64,000 bases of DNA from positions 124,001 to 188,000 of the forward strand of contig JAMWBK010000001.1 in NCBI GenBank assembly GCA_029953675.1, written 5' to 3'. The position numbers and the translations under genes were made by a program. The notes under the pieces are model-generated. The model saw only the letters and a list, made by a program, of their open reading frames with translations. It did not search any database and had not been told where the DNA came from. Every line of letters starts with the position of its first letter. The stretch's first letter is position 1. The DNA comes from Rhodosorus marinus CCMP1338 (Eukaryota > Plantae > Rhodophyta). This document shows, one piece after another, positions 22,418 through 35,876 of this stretch.

Positions 22418-22944
22418 GAACTACCACAAACTTACTTTCTTCCCGCCTCTGGGCTCCCGTCTGTCATGTTACATGCACAGGAAGGGCTGAACCACTGAAA
22501 GGCTCTACCTGATCGCCGGGATGCTGAACAGTGCACACCAGTACTCCAATCACCCCCTTCTGTTTCTTGATGGCGCATGGATCTCTCTACTTCAAATGCA
22601 CTTCATCCAGAACGACGAGAACTTGTGTGTCATGTTCAATGTGAACGATCGACCAGCGCGGATGTTCCATCCGTCAGCGTGTGGGGCTCTTCCGAGACCA
22701 AGGCATTGCACGAAACCCAATCCGACGATTGAGATATTCCAGCATGCTCTGAAGAGAGCCAAGGGTAACCCCGCCTTTCTCGGAGTCTAGTAGCCCGGAA
22801 TGGTGTCCGCCAGGAAAGAACGTTAGGAGCACTCCTCCATAACGGAAGGCTGCGCGACAGCGTCACAAAGTCACAATTCAAGGACAACAGTCTGAGCGTC
22901 TCTTCTAGTCTATATTATATGTCCCGTTCGCCGTTTGTGTCCGC

Positions 22945-23470
22945 AAAACTGCAATTCCTCCAGAAGCATTGATTGTCAGATTCATTGATCCTTTTCCCGG
23001 ATGAACCCTGCCTTGAGATAGCAAAATGAGGCCACGCACATCTGATGGAGACGCCCCGAGACCCTAGTTCGAGTAACGAAGTCAATTAATCTCGCCTCAA
23101 TCGGGAGAGACTGTCTTTTCAAACCATCTTGCTCGCTGTGGGGAAGCCGTTTGCGGCTGGTGTCTCTACAACTGCAATTGCTGCAGATGCGTTGATTGTC
23201 AGATTCATGGATCCATTTCCCGGATGAACCCTGCCTCATGAGATAGAGAAAGGAGGCCACGAACATCTTACTGAGACGCCCCGAACTCTGCTTCGAGTAA
23301 CGAAGTCAACAGATCTCATCTCAATCTGGAAAGTCTAGAGACTGCCGCTTCAAACCATCGTGCTCCTTTACTGAGCCCATTCGCCGTCGTCGTCCTCACA
23401 ACTGCAATTGCTGCAGACGCGTTGGTTGTCCGATCCATCGATCCTTTTCCCGGGCGAACCCTGCTTTAAG
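22945..23470. repeat. Diverged ~225-bp tandem repeat, 2 full copies plus 1 partial
   Basis: Anchor AACTGCAATT..TTG.TTGTC.GAT.CAT.GATCC.TTTCCCGG..GAACCCTGC at 22947, 23170 and 23400. Confidence 0.88.
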
Positions 23471-25647
23471 GATATTTTTCATCCTAGTGTCGCAAATATC
23501 AAGGATTTTGATGACTGCTTCCAGCTTCTTAACGACTGCAAATATCACCCGACTTCATGGATCCGTCTCCAAACCCAAAAAAATATCTCGACACATCCTC
23601 ATCAAGCCAATCACCGAAAAGCGATCTGTCCGTCAACGTCTTTCCGACCGATTCCCACGTTGCTCAATCCGCATTCCTCATGTTCGAAAACCAGATTGAA
23701 TCATAAAAATTCAAGGATATTTCCAAATGCATTGCACATTGACAAACACAACCCAAATGCATCCCATTGTCGTCTGTGCGAGATACAAAGGATTTTGTAG
23801 CGCCCCACTTGTAAGAAGCCAAATCTCCGAAGTGTTCGTGCCTGTCCCAAGATATATACCCGTTCCAGGCTCCAATTAAACTTTTCAAGTGAAGATGCAA
23901 TTCTCCGTATTCATTTGAAACCCACATTTGGAAATTCCATCAACTCGACAAGAGTCAATTTAATAATATCCTACATCGTATCTCAAAAGGCATTCTTTTG
24001 TCCCACTTCTCTGGGTTGCCATCCATGATCTTAGCTGAGGAAGAAATTCTCATGTCATGCAATGTATTTAAGAAAAAATCAATACAAGTCTGGCATTTCC
24101 AATATTGACGACCATCCCCAAGAAAACGGTTGAAAGACCAAAAAAACGAACAGTCCAATCACTAAATCCAATCCATTCAAAATAATGACTGAGGAGTTGA
24201 GGTAAACCAATAGAGAAGGGTATTCTCGAAATTTAACCAATGAAAGTACAATACTGACCGTCCCGTATGTTGATTCGTTTATATGGGATATTATCTGCAT
24301 TACCAGATGATATAATTGGACAATCTTCTTGTGATCTGTTCAGGAAGTACCGGTTTATTCGCCCCGCCTCTAGGGTTTTTCGTGCGCTTCAGATATTCAT
24401 CTGAAGATTATATTCTCCCGGGTTTCTGTTGATGAGCTGAGGGATGCGAACAAGGTATTAGACAAAAAGTTGCAAAGCTAACTGGGGGGTAGACTGGGAA
24501 ACGAAATCGGATATCTTTGAAAGTAGCTGGGCGGGTTGGATGTGGGACGGTATGTATGCGTTTTGAGGTCATTGACTGGATTCCGAAACAAGTCGTAGGA
24601 AGAGCGATTTTCAGTCGGTGCTAGTACAGCGGTGTTTGTTGATTATCGTTCGCAAGTGACCCTAGAGGAGTCCTAAAACGAGATGCTTCTGTGACAAGAA
24701 CGATTGTCACGAGGTATCCATCAAGCACAAGGTGTCCGCGATTTTGCACAGATATGATCCTAGCCAGGTGGAGCTACGCCCCCAACTAGCTCACGGCTCC
24801 TCTAGCATGGATTCTGAAGAGTATGGGATGCCCTCGAGGCTCTCGATTTCCTAAGACTGCTATCTTTGATACTCCTTGGGGCGATCCTGGGCTCGCTCTG
24901 CCAACCTGTGAAACCCCGCTAATTTGCATTCCATTGCATGCCACTGCCATATCCAGAGTTTAAGTCAGCCTCTAGAGCATGGTACAATCTTCCACTCCAC
25001 CAAATCCATGCCGAATGTCCCAGAAGACATCCCACAGGCGCTCTTACTACGAACACTAGGCAAGCGCAATTCTCCCAATCTCATCCAATGCAATTGCCTC
25101 TAAAAATCTGCCTACCCCCCTCCCTTATTTCCATCTCCCCCCAAAAAAGGAACCCTAACCCAACGGGTACGGAAAAACGGAGGCTAACTGATTTGTCGTA
25201 ATCCACTTTTTATCTTTCAAAAACAAATAAAGTCAAGCCGTCCTCTAATAATTATAAAAATTGTCGCTCCTGTTTCCAAGTTTCCCTGACCCCCAAAATT
25301 GGCGCTCCATTGCCCACTAAATGGATTGAATAGGGTCAAATGTTATGATTTTAACTAAAAACACTAGTCCTGTTTGACTGAAGCTCAAAATTTGAAATGG
25401 GGGTTGCTGTGGCGCCGGGTAAAAATGCTATGTTTGTCAAGATCATTATGCGCTCTAATGCACTCGCGCGCCCAACGTTATATAAGGCTGTGTAGCGTCC
25501 GGACTTTCTTCTCTGGGTTGTTGGGAGGGAGCAGTATGCGCTGAGTTTAGCTTGAGAGCCGACACGATTGGAAACATAAATCTTGTTTGCAGAAAGCTAT
25601 AGAAGGAGATAGCAGGTTTTCTGGGGAAGTTATATATTTACTACACG

Positions 25648-26201
25648 ATGGCGTTTGTTGGTGTCGCGGGAGGATTAAGCTCGAGGGGCGTGGCTTTGCC
25701 GTCGAGATGTTCGAATGGCCGCCAGGTCCGAACTGGACGAGTTGCTGTCCAAATGGTGTCGATAAATCCTGACGCTGGGTACAATTCGGATCCAGTGCTA
25801 TCATGGGCTCCCACCGTGCAGGAATTTATGAACAAGGATCACAAGCATGACTTGGTGCAATACTTCATTCAGCTTGGTACATCTAACAATGTGGTGAGTT
25901 CTTGTACCCTGGATGTGTGGACAGACTTTTGCCCTAGTCCGTCTTAGCCAGGAGACTAAACTTTTAGAATGTTTCTCGTACACAGAAGGACCCAGAGATA
26001 ATCAACGACATTGCCCTCACTGGGGTGGATAAGAACGGCTTGCAGATTGACGTTGTCCTCTGTGAAGAGGCAGACGGGAGATGTGTGTGCCTGCAGGACT
26101 TCATTCCATGGGCTGACTCCCGAATGTGCAAGACGATTGATGATATCTGCGGGTCACTCTCGAAGATGAGCAGACAGTGCGGGTTGAGCTCAGAGTTCTA
26201 A
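25648..26201 (+). CDS. Plastid-targeted DUF2470-domain protein (GluBP/HugZ C-terminal-like), 2 exons, 153 aa
   Basis: Transit peptide MAFVGVAGGLSSRGVALPSRC..AVQM; motif FMNKDHKHDLVQY; phase-0 intron 25894-25985 (GTGAGT..CACAG) joins to KDPEIINDIALTGVDKNGLQIDV..; stop at 26199-26201. Confidence 0.75.
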
Positions 26202-27126
26202 GGCCGGACTGAGTTATGTTCGCGCGGGAGTAGTCGATTACGTATAGTCTAGCTAGTACTCGCGAGGAACTTTTGCCAATCGACCATAGGCAGTTGAGAT
26301 TACTTGTGTACATTTTCTGAACGCTGCAAGCCTGCAGTGTAGCATTTTTTCGAGTTGATTTAATAGTAGGTCACACTATTAGGAGGGGAAGGGGTGAACA
26401 AGGATCGAGTGATGGGCCGTGTGTACATTTGCCTGTGAGACCCGTAACGATTTTTGAAACCGGTGATGGGATTACCTGTTTCCGGTAACAGATGTAAACG
26501 AAACTCGCAAGTTCTTGATAATATTCGTGCAGCAAAACGACCCACCACCCCGTATGAAGGAAGCGTTACATGAGCGTGCAAGGAAAAGTCAAAGAGTTTC
26601 GTCCTGGGCGTCAACCCTCTCTTGCTCTACCGCGAATGAAGATGACGTAATCATCATAAAACACAATTTTGTGCTGGGAAGTCTACTGGGCTGTCAGTGA
26701 ACCACATCTTGAAGTCGTTAGCGACACCTTTCAACTCAGAAGATGTAGCAACGCCCCAGCTTAGGAAATTTGGAACCGCGCACAGCAGATTTGTCGACCA
26801 TGGGGTTGCGTTAGTTTGGGGTTAGAGAATCCGCCCAAGACCGGATTCGGCTCTCCCATGACTTCTGCTCGTCCTCGAAGCTATTCGACTCAATGAGCGT
26901 TCAATGAGCATTCAATGAGCGTTGAGTCCGAACGGAAACGTTCTCTAAACAGTTTTACTTAATTGCTTGACTCTTCTCCAGGGAGCAAAATGCCTATTCC
27001 ATAATATACACCTTCAGGCAATCGAAGTTAGTCGGGCGAGACCGTTGTCGGCTACCAAAATGTTCAAGTTAAGGATGCGTGGGGCCCTGTAGCCGCGTCG
27101 AGAGGCGAAGTACAACCTTCACTGCT

Positions 27127-27154
27127 CACAAACAAACACGCAAACATACACACG

Positions 27155-27219
<65 letters not shown>
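27127..27219. repeat. (CA)n microsatellite with degenerate 5' flank
   Basis: Perfect CA run of about 65 bp preceded by CACAAACAAACACGCAAACATACACACGCATA. Confidence 0.98.
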
Positions 27220-27223
<4 letters not shown>

Positions 27224-27406
27224 GCTCCGGCTCCATGCCCAGGTGCAACTGCAACGGGCATGTAGCTGAAAGCAGAATCTTGCGTGAGCTTAAGCAGCTG
27301 CGCTTCTGATCCGTCAGAAAATAGATCAAGCACAACCAGTCCGACTATATCTTGCATCTGACTTGCCAATCGTACTCGTACATGTCTCCCTCATCTGCGA
27401 AACATA

Positions 27407-30091
27407 TTAGTCCAGCTCAGCGCGGTTCATGGCTGCACCGAGGCTCTCCAAATCACCGCCGCTGTTGCTCTCGGATGCGGTTGAACCAGTTGTAGAGGCG
27501 AAGGGTATACGCGACGCGACAGGAGGCTTTGCCCATATTCTTGCAACTCCTACAAACACAAGAACAGAGAACTGAGAGAAGCTTCCCGTGCGACACATTG
27601 CGTGAGTCAACCGGTCTCAACCTACCCCCTGCGCATGCAGTTATTATGGCATCGGATGTAAAAGCAATATCTGTGACGGGCTCATTGTGCGCTGGGTGGT
27701 CCACGAGCGGCTCGAGAACCGGAACTTCAGCCCTACCCAGTGCTTCCTTCTGGATGTAGGGAATCGGGATCGTGGACTCACTGCTTTCTCCTGACACCCT
27801 TGAAGTTATGCCAACACCTGTGGTACTGCGAAAGCCGCGAGAAATTTTACTGCCAAGGAGCCGCGCGCTGCTCGCAGTTGAGGATTTGGTAGCTGGTCCA
27901 CTCCTCGTCTTCGAGAGATGAAACACAAAGCAGACCGAACATAGTTAATCAGAGCGCATCAATGACGAGGAAAAAGGCGCTGCACCGCAAGACCTGGGCA
28001 TTCTAAAGGACCGCCTTAATTACCTTGGACACTCTGTGACTCCTCAAGTGTAAGGAATCTACTGCGAAATCCCAAAGCGCCAATTTCGCGTCCTGACCCA
28101 CCGATCCTAGTCGATACCTGCCACTTGAGAAAGATGCCTCGTCCCAAGCAACCGAAGATACCCATGAGGAGTGTCCTTCCAGTCGAGCGATTATACTGGC
28201 CTCTCCTGGGCACCAGACAGTTACCAAGTCATCCTCGCCTCCGGTTGCTATGTACTTTCCGTCGTGACTCCATGCGACGCACAAAATAGCTCCATAGTAA
28301 GACCTAAACGGCCGGTGGGGAGTGCAGAATTATGAGCAAAAAATGCAGACCTAATTACGGATGGATCCGACGGGCTCGTACTTAAGGCACAAAAGCAGAT
28401 GCTCCTTGGCAAAGTCGATCACTCGCAGGTAGCCGTCTCTGCACGCTAGTGCGACCTGGTTCGACGATACCGTTCCGTCCGGAGCGAATGCAGCTGCATT
28501 TATTCCGCCTTTCCCAATCTGCATCTGCATCATCGGATTGCTGCGTCTACCTCTTGGAGGGTGAAAGGTCGCAATTTGATGCACACCTAGGCCGTCCATG
28601 CGATTCCATCATTAGATCTCTATATTCGAAACAGGAGTCGCTTTCAATTGCGATTCCTCTCGAGGGTTTCAGGAAATCGGTTCTTACCCAATTGAAAAGC
28701 GGGAGCAGTAATCCTCTTGTGTGAGGATCCGCGAATAGCTGACTCGCTACTGTTCCCCCCAGTGGCTGTACCACCGTTCATTCCATTAGTCTTGGCCCCG
28801 CTGCTTCCACTGCCATTCAAAGGTCCGGACCCGGACACGGACTGCGCACCACTGCCTACTGCATTGGAGGCAGAGGTTGAACCAGGTTGCCCCGAATTGG
28901 GGTTCATCGAACTTTTCCAGTCGTCCATACCCTCCCCCCGCGATCTACGACAAGAGGTAGACGTAAACATTAGAGTGGTATGAACCGCAGTCCAGTCGGG
29001 ATATGTGCTGCCACAAAGAGAAGCCAAATGCATCGTGAAATGTTTGTTCCGTTCACATTGCGATCCAAGCTTAAAGAAATTATTGGGATCTTTTCACTCA
29101 CCCGGAAGATTTCGACGAGCCCGCCGCTTTCTGCCTGACATCGTAAACGAATAAACCGCCATCAAGATGCACAGCGAGAAACTTCGACAAGGAGCCTGGC
29201 ATCCACTTCAGGCCTGTTATTCGACTTGAGTTAAGATTTCCGTCCTTATTATACAAGCTGCTAGTAACCCCTCCTCCAATTAGAGTCAGCGCCGCGAGGG
29301 GCACAGAGTTGCTTCCTAAGTAGTTCGCGTAGTGGCGAGTGCACATAAGTTAGTTTCAGGTTGACATTTCCACTATAAGTCTTGTTTGGCTTGTCCTTGC
29401 CGAAGGCGAACGGCATACCTTTTGCAACGAGCATCGCAGTGTCAGTGTAGTAGTAGATCTCTCCATTAGCGCACCCAACTAAGAGCTTGTTGTTGTTGGA
29501 TCCCTCGAGGGCTGTAACCGTGCTTCGGAACTTGACGCTTTGGACAGGTTCATCATCCTTCGAATTGCTCGTACACAGCACATCCATACTGTTAAAAGCA
29601 ACGTAATACTGCACGTCACGAGCGCGAGGGCTCTGCTTCTCTATCTCCGATAGTGCGGAGTCAATGGCTGCATTCTTAGAAGCTTTGCTCGATGCCGACG
29701 TATCGGATGTACTCTGTCCTCCAAAGCGTTGAAGGCCGCCCAATCCTAGCTTCTTCACCAATTGCTGCTTTCCTTTCCCCGATCGATCGGACGTGTTCGA
29801 CGAAGACGCAGTGAGATTGCGACCTTCTGGTCCACCATCTGATGTGTCAGAGTGTTCACTGGTTATCCCCAACAAGGTGGCATTAGAAAGGCCAAGCGGA
29901 CCCCCGTAGTGTCCACTACCTATGGACGAAGACTGAGAAGAGCTTGCAGGATTCCTGCCGGCACTACTTCCCGAAGTTGTAGATGGAGCTGAAGTAGGCT
30001 GTAGCTCGGACAGTAAAACGTAAGAACCCTCACCGGGGACTACAAAGGAACTCCGCGCAACCCTCGCGGAGCCCACACCGTTGGAAGACAT
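27407..30091 (-). CDS. WD40 protein of the WDR20/DMWD/CreC family, about 6 exons
   Basis: Spliced reading gives RITGLKWMPG..FLAVHLDGGLFVYD, RSNPMMQMQIGKGGINAAAFAPDG, CRDGYLRVIDF, KSYYGAILCVAWSHDGKYIATGGEDDLVTVW, LEGHSSWVSSVAWD, YRLGSVGQDAKLALWDF and VPVLEPLVDHPAHNEPV. First intron GTATGC..CTAAC..TTAG at 29418-29316. An upstream exon cannot be excluded. Confidence 0.85.
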
Positions 30092-31059
30092 CCCGCCGGA
30101 GACCTGCCTTTATCGACTCATCATCCTCGAAATGGAAGTAGCAACCCAGTTAGCCTCGGACTTCCTAACCAAACCCCACCCAAAGAGAACAGAGCTCTTC
30201 CTCAAATCCTCCAAAACAGTAGTAAATCCCAAGAGCAGATCAGGACCCGCGATTCCAAATGAATGAAGGTATTCCAAAACGCAAAATACCAAAACACCCC
30301 TAAAGGACTTAATCACGCAGACCACCCTCCGCTAGACCCAAAGAAAATCAGCGCACAATGTTCATTCACAGAGGCAATAAAAATAAATATGATGACCCGC
30401 CTCCTTCCAACAACCCCAGTAAATCCCAATTTAACCCTCCCTACCCTCCTCCCCCAAAAAATCGCCTTCACAACAATCGTAATCGTATCGGCTATATCTT
30501 GTAAACCGACACCTGGCCCCGTCTTCTCCTCTTTGTTAGAACTCTTCGGGGAGGTTCTAACACTCTTCAAGGCGTCCTAAGTCAAAACCTAATTGACACT
30601 CACCGCTCGCATTTCAAATCACTAAATCAGCACCAAAAACGTTGCTTTTCTCACGTCCAAAAAAATTGATTCCTAATCCACAAAAAAAATCGGATATTCA
30701 ATCGACTTCCCTGTATCAAACGGAAATCACTTGAGGGGTTGAACTAGAGTACATTCTTATTGATGTTGTTCTAAACACATTTGATTTGAGAGGATGTACG
30801 AAAAACTTGCATCTTGCTAAGGGGTAGTATTGGAGAGTAGTAGAGGAAAGAATGAATGAATAAGATTCTGTATTGTAGAAGGATAGTAGGGGTCTCGTGA
30901 TGATCAGAAACCATTTTTAATATATTTTGTTTTTTCTTGGAGGTTGGTTAGATTGTTGTCGGAGGAAGGCGGGGGGGGTGGGGGTGGATTCTGGCGCTGT
31001 AAAATTACGTCTGGATTGGTTTAGGATTGCATTATTGGCCTACGTGAACAAGGTGAAAA

Positions 31060-31600
31060 TTAGTTGCGGCTGGCGCCATCCATTCCGAGTAGACGGGATG
31101 TAGACTCCAGGTATTCCATGCGACAGATTGTGGTGGTCTTACTACATGCCTCTTCAAGCTCCGTGAAAGAACCTAGAATCATACTAGGCCTATGGAAGAC
31201 CTGAACCTCTGCGTCGGAGGATGCGCTGCATGAGAGAATATTCTCCTGCAATTCGCGAGAGGCTGATTGTTTATGACTCCTTGCGCAGCCTGACTAGCAG
31301 GAACTTGCTAGTTTGGGGCGGGGACAGTCACTTGGACGTACCCCGTTACTTGTCTTCTTCCTGCGCATTGATCTCATACTTTCAACGATCTTGACGAAAT
31401 CAACCATGGATGAAAGGAGAAACAACTCCTTCCATCTATTGGAGACTCGCACCCGAACGTCCAAAGCATCCACATGTGGCTTACACATGGAGGAGCCGAA
31501 TACGCGCTTGTCACAACCTCGCAGGCCAAAGATGGGGAAACGCCGCTGGGCGACTGAGCCGAACTCGGTGGCGTTCACCCATCATCTGCCAGATTCTAAA
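31060..31600 (-). CDS. Hypothetical multi-exon gene or pseudogene
   Basis: ORFs 31294-31578 and 31060-31251 are in the same frame and can be joined by a 48-nt GTACGT..CTAG intron. Further GTAAGY donors lie upstream. No recognisable domain. Confidence 0.25.
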
Positions 31601-33879
31601 AACCACTTAGACACTTGACGACTGCTTGCTGGTACACATGCGCTTACCACCACTTACTATTTAGTCCCACTCCCGTACCCATTCCTAGAGGTCTAGAATT
31701 TCCTACTTTGTTTTCTCCAGGATATCATCTGCAGAGTTCAATTGTGTCCTTCACCCTCGAATCGCGTTGAAGAACAGTGACAACCAGATCAGAAAGGCCA
31801 TCTTCCAGTTCGTTACCTCACGGGCGGGGACCCTGCCGGAGCGAAATACGCGTCGAACATCGCCTGTTCAGTTATCACTAGAGCGGAAAGGGCCAAAAAA
31901 AAAATACAGTGGCGTATCAAAAGCGCTTTAGGAAACGGACGATCTGAATGGAAAACGGTAAATCAAGCACTTCGCCATTTGCTGGGCATGATCTTATGCG
32001 CCGATGGTCTATCCAAGCAAGCATCATTGTCAAAAGTCAAGCCTAACCCCAAGCTCTTTGCGCTCCTGAAGCCATCGAGGCTGGAACTGATATTGATTGC
32101 AACCACGATTGAATCTCAACCCAATCCCGATAGGTACTAGTTGAATCCTTCAGCGAGCGGTTAGTTTGGAATCAGACCGCCGTTTCCCAGAGTCCGCAGT
32201 TACTTTTGATTGCCCTTCCAGTTCATGTCAATTGGAACGTTGGGGAATGACTACAAACCCTAGGTTGACAACCTGGCCTGTGTAACACAGATGAGTTCTT
32301 CCCGAGTTCACACGCAGGGCGGGCTCTAGACCAATTTAGGTGACTGCCCATTCTTTTCGTTCGTTCCAGACGCACGTTGGGGTCGAGAAAGGCTGTGTAG
32401 TGGGTTCTGAGAGACTGAGAGTAAGAAGTTGAACAAGTTCACAGCTGAGAGGGTCACTGGTCTCAATCAGTAGCTCTTGCCGTTGTGGGCATTGTGTATG
32501 GCATCGATGTGTACCAGTTGTGGCAAAACTACGATACCAGGATCAGCTAGGTCTAACTTCGCATCTCGAAAATCATTCGGGAGTCGATTCTCACAACCCG
32601 TATGTATCCAAGGAGGGTCTTTCCCTCCCCCCGCCCAGCCATCCAACGACAATCACCGGAAGAAAAAGGGCATTTGTTTTCCCGCAAACTGAAATCTCCA
32701 AAAGAAGTCTTTTCCAGGCTTTCTAACCTCCCGCATGAGGCTTCGACGATACCCATCTCCATACCCCTGGAACTTAATGGCATGCTCGTCGCAGATGTCC
32801 TCGACTCGGGCTCGAGATGCTCAACTTTCTATTCATAATTAAAATATTTTGGTTCTCCCTGGCCCCCTCCTCACCCCTAGGAGGATCAAACCTGCTTTTG
32901 CGAACCTCCTGAAGAATACATATAGGGATATGGATTTTCCCGGGAGGACGAGGTAAGGGGGATCCCAGAATTGCCCAGACCGTGTTCAAGTTTATTCAAA
33001 TAATTAGACACCATATGACCGACCCGCGTGGAAATCAGTTAGGGGTAATGTGACTTGAGCGTAAATTGAATGTGCATTAAAAACATCTCTCGAAGAAGTA
33101 TGGAAAGCCTGTCTTCCTCAAACAAGCAAAACCACATGAACCGAACGTTATCAGTCAATATAAGCTGTTATCAACGAAATTTTCTGAGATATTGACTAGT
33201 ATTTGGACGTTGAAGTCATTAATTGGTTTACGCGCAATCAATTGCATAGCATATCCCATAAAAATTGAGGTAGGTTATTCAATACCCGTCAGCGACATTC
33301 TCTGTGCAAACCAAGGAAGAGATCAACCAGCCCCGTGAAACGTAGACCTCGGGTGGTCCCCGCTAACAATAGATACCCCTACAATAATCGATCACAATGA
33401 CAAAATATATTACCTACTAAATAAGATAAAACTGACCTTTTCCAAACGAAAACGACGCTTTGTTGGGGGGGGGTTAATGGTGGTACTCCGTGCAAGAATG
33501 TGCTTCGAAGGCGGGGATGTTTGGCACTAGATTCATTTACACGTTTCTTCCTACCCCTCAAAGTTGTTTCGAGCAAGATTGCGCCTATTGAGGCTACTGG
33601 ATTCCGTTTCCGCATATTCTTTAATTAAATTCTAGCTCTTCTTTTAAAAACTGGTTTCCGAATAACCCTCAGATTATGGTTTTTAAATGCCATTCAGGAT
33701 TTAGCCAATGTTCCTCTGATGTTGCTTTTGGGACGCGTGAGGAGATAGACGCAGGAGGTTTCTTTTTTCCTGTGGGGTTGCTTTCAATCATCGCGGACTG
33801 CTTTCCGGTTTAACTTTTCGTGGAGGTTGGAGTTGGTAGAGGGAGCTATTTGGTGTATGAGTCCGCGGTGCTGATGGAG

Positions 33880-33950
33880 GAGGGGAGGGGTCTTTGAAGC
33901 TTAAGGGGGTGGGGGTGGGTGGGTGGAGGGGAGGGGAGGGGAGGGAGGGC
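33880..33950 (+). repeat. G-rich tract (potential G-quadruplex) upstream of the sigma factor gene
   Basis: GGGGGTGGGGGTGGGTGGGTGGAGGGGAGGGGAGGGAGGGAGGG contains many G3+ runs. Confidence 0.6.
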
Positions 33951-34181
33951 ATTGGAAACGGTGTCTTAAACAGACTTGATATAATACATACTATTTTAGG
34001 GGGGGCGGGGGGGTAGGGGGGGTTTGGGGGAGAACGGGTGATGTTTTAAGTAGGAGGAGAGAGATAAAGAGCTGAGCTTGCACGCGTTTGGTGGTGGTCG
34101 TCGTCGTAGGGAATTGCGGTGGGTGCGTTTTTCCTTTTTCGAGGAGAGATGGGAGAGGGGGAGAGTGTGGTGGAATCCAGT

Positions 34182-35876
34182 ATGGGGTTCGTAGTTTCCT
34201 GGGGGACTTGTCGTCGGGGGTATGGGGCGAGGTGTGTTCTTCAAGGTGCAAAAGTTGACCAGAAAAAGGTTCGATGGGATTCGAGTCTTACTGCGAAGGA
34301 GCCTGTGAAGAGGAGACCTGGGAGGCCAAGAAAAGTGGATTCAAATGATAGTATCCCTACGAGCAAGTTGGGGCGGACGAACGGGGATGATGTTGAGGTT
34401 TTAATGCCTTATCCGGACGTCATGCCGGTTGATATGGAGGAAAATGACGAGACTGAGGGCGAGGGAGAGACCACGGAGGGTGAGGTTGAAGAGGCACCAG
34501 CCGAAGTGGAGGACATAGACTTGGTCGAGCGCGAGAGCGCAGAAGATACTACGGAGGAGGGTAATATTACCGAAGGAAAAGGGAAAAAGAAACGCGAACA
34601 ATCGGATAACACAGTACGATGGTATCTGGAGTTGGTTGGGAAAGGACGGCTTCTGAGGGCTGAGGAGGAGGTAAGTGTTTGGACACCCATATCCCCCAAA
34701 ATGTGTTGGTCCTTTCGCCTTTATCCGGGCAAGTCGAGTCATTCTCGAGAGGGAGACAGTTTTTAGAGAGAAACTGATCAGGGGTTGGAATTCTTAGTCT
34801 GACTTATAGCTGCCATGGGTATTTTATCTTTCGCTTTTCTGAAGGTGGACCTGTCCAGGAGGATTGCTCAGCTATTGCAGTGGGAGAGACAGAGGCAGCA
34901 AATGTATGAGGAAATGGGAAGGGACCCGACAGTTGAGGAGTGGGCAAAGGCTCTGGAGTTGGACATAAAGGACTTCCAGAGTCAGTTGTTTCAGTGTAGG
35001 AAGGCCAAGGAGAAAATGATAACCAGTAACCTGAGGCTTGTAGTGTCAATTGCCAAGCGCTACGCGAATAGGGGCCTCCCACTTTCTGACATGATACAAG
35101 AAGGTACACTTGGATTGGTTCGAGCCGCAGAGAAGTTCGACGGGAGCAGAGGCTACAAGTTTAGTACTTATGCCACATGGTGGGTGAAGCAAGCGGTTGC
35201 CCGTGCAATTGCTGATCACTCGAGGAACATCCGCCTACCAGTTCACTTGTACGATACCATTGCGGCTGTCCGCCGTGCAACTCGGTGCTTAACAGAATCC
35301 TTGGGTAGAAGTCCGTCAGAGGAGGAAATTGCGGCCTACTTGGGATTGTCTATTTCAAAGCTACGAAGCACCCGTATCCATATGATGCCGACAATACCGC
35401 TGGAGAGCCCCCTGAAGGAGGTTGACGATGGTAAGGCCAAACGCACAAACAGGGTTGGTTGGCGTCGTTCAGGAGCTGAACTGTGTTCCTATTCCTATGT
35501 TAGCAGGCATGTGTCTTGGTGATGTGCTTCAATCGACGGAAGTAAGTCCCGAAGACCGAGTGGAGAGAGCTCTGCTCAGAGAGGATTTGGAACACGTGAT
35601 TAATTCTTTGAGTCCTAGGGAACGAGACGTCGTTCGAATGAGGTAACTATCACAATCCAAACGCGCAAATTGTCAACAGATCGTCTGACGGGGCAGCTCT
35701 GCATGCACTGATCCCACAGGTATGGTCTTGACGACGGCCGAATGAAGACACTGGACGAAATTGGTCGTATGTTCTGCGTCTCCAAGGAACGGGTCCGACA
35801 AATAGAGACGAAAGCGATTAGAAAACTGCGACACCCGTACCGCAGTGCGGTTTTGCGCGACTTTTTACAACACTAA
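34182..35876 (+). CDS. Nuclear-encoded plastid RNA polymerase sigma-70 factor, 4 exons
   Basis: Transit peptide [13 protein letters not shown]..; region 1.2 [22 protein letters not shown]; region 2 [47 protein letters not shown]; region 3 IRLPVHL; region 4 [41 protein letters not shown]. Introns 34671-34844, 35431-35506 and ~35643-35720. Confidence 0.93.

Noticed and set aside
23000-23230. TGA at the same position in two repeat units (PFPG-TGA-TLP) as Sec codons
   Set aside because: The third unit has CGA, consistent with C-to-T decay, and other stops and frameshifts are present.
27064-27369. ORFs with VC/HT repeats
   Set aside because: Translations of the (CA)n microsatellite, not genes.
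31480-31600. In-frame TGA in a possible spliced reading (..WPARL-TGA-QARI..) as a selenoprotein candidate
   Set aside because: No Cys/Sec redox motif or known selenoprotein context, no SECIS recognised, and an alternative intron removes the TGA.
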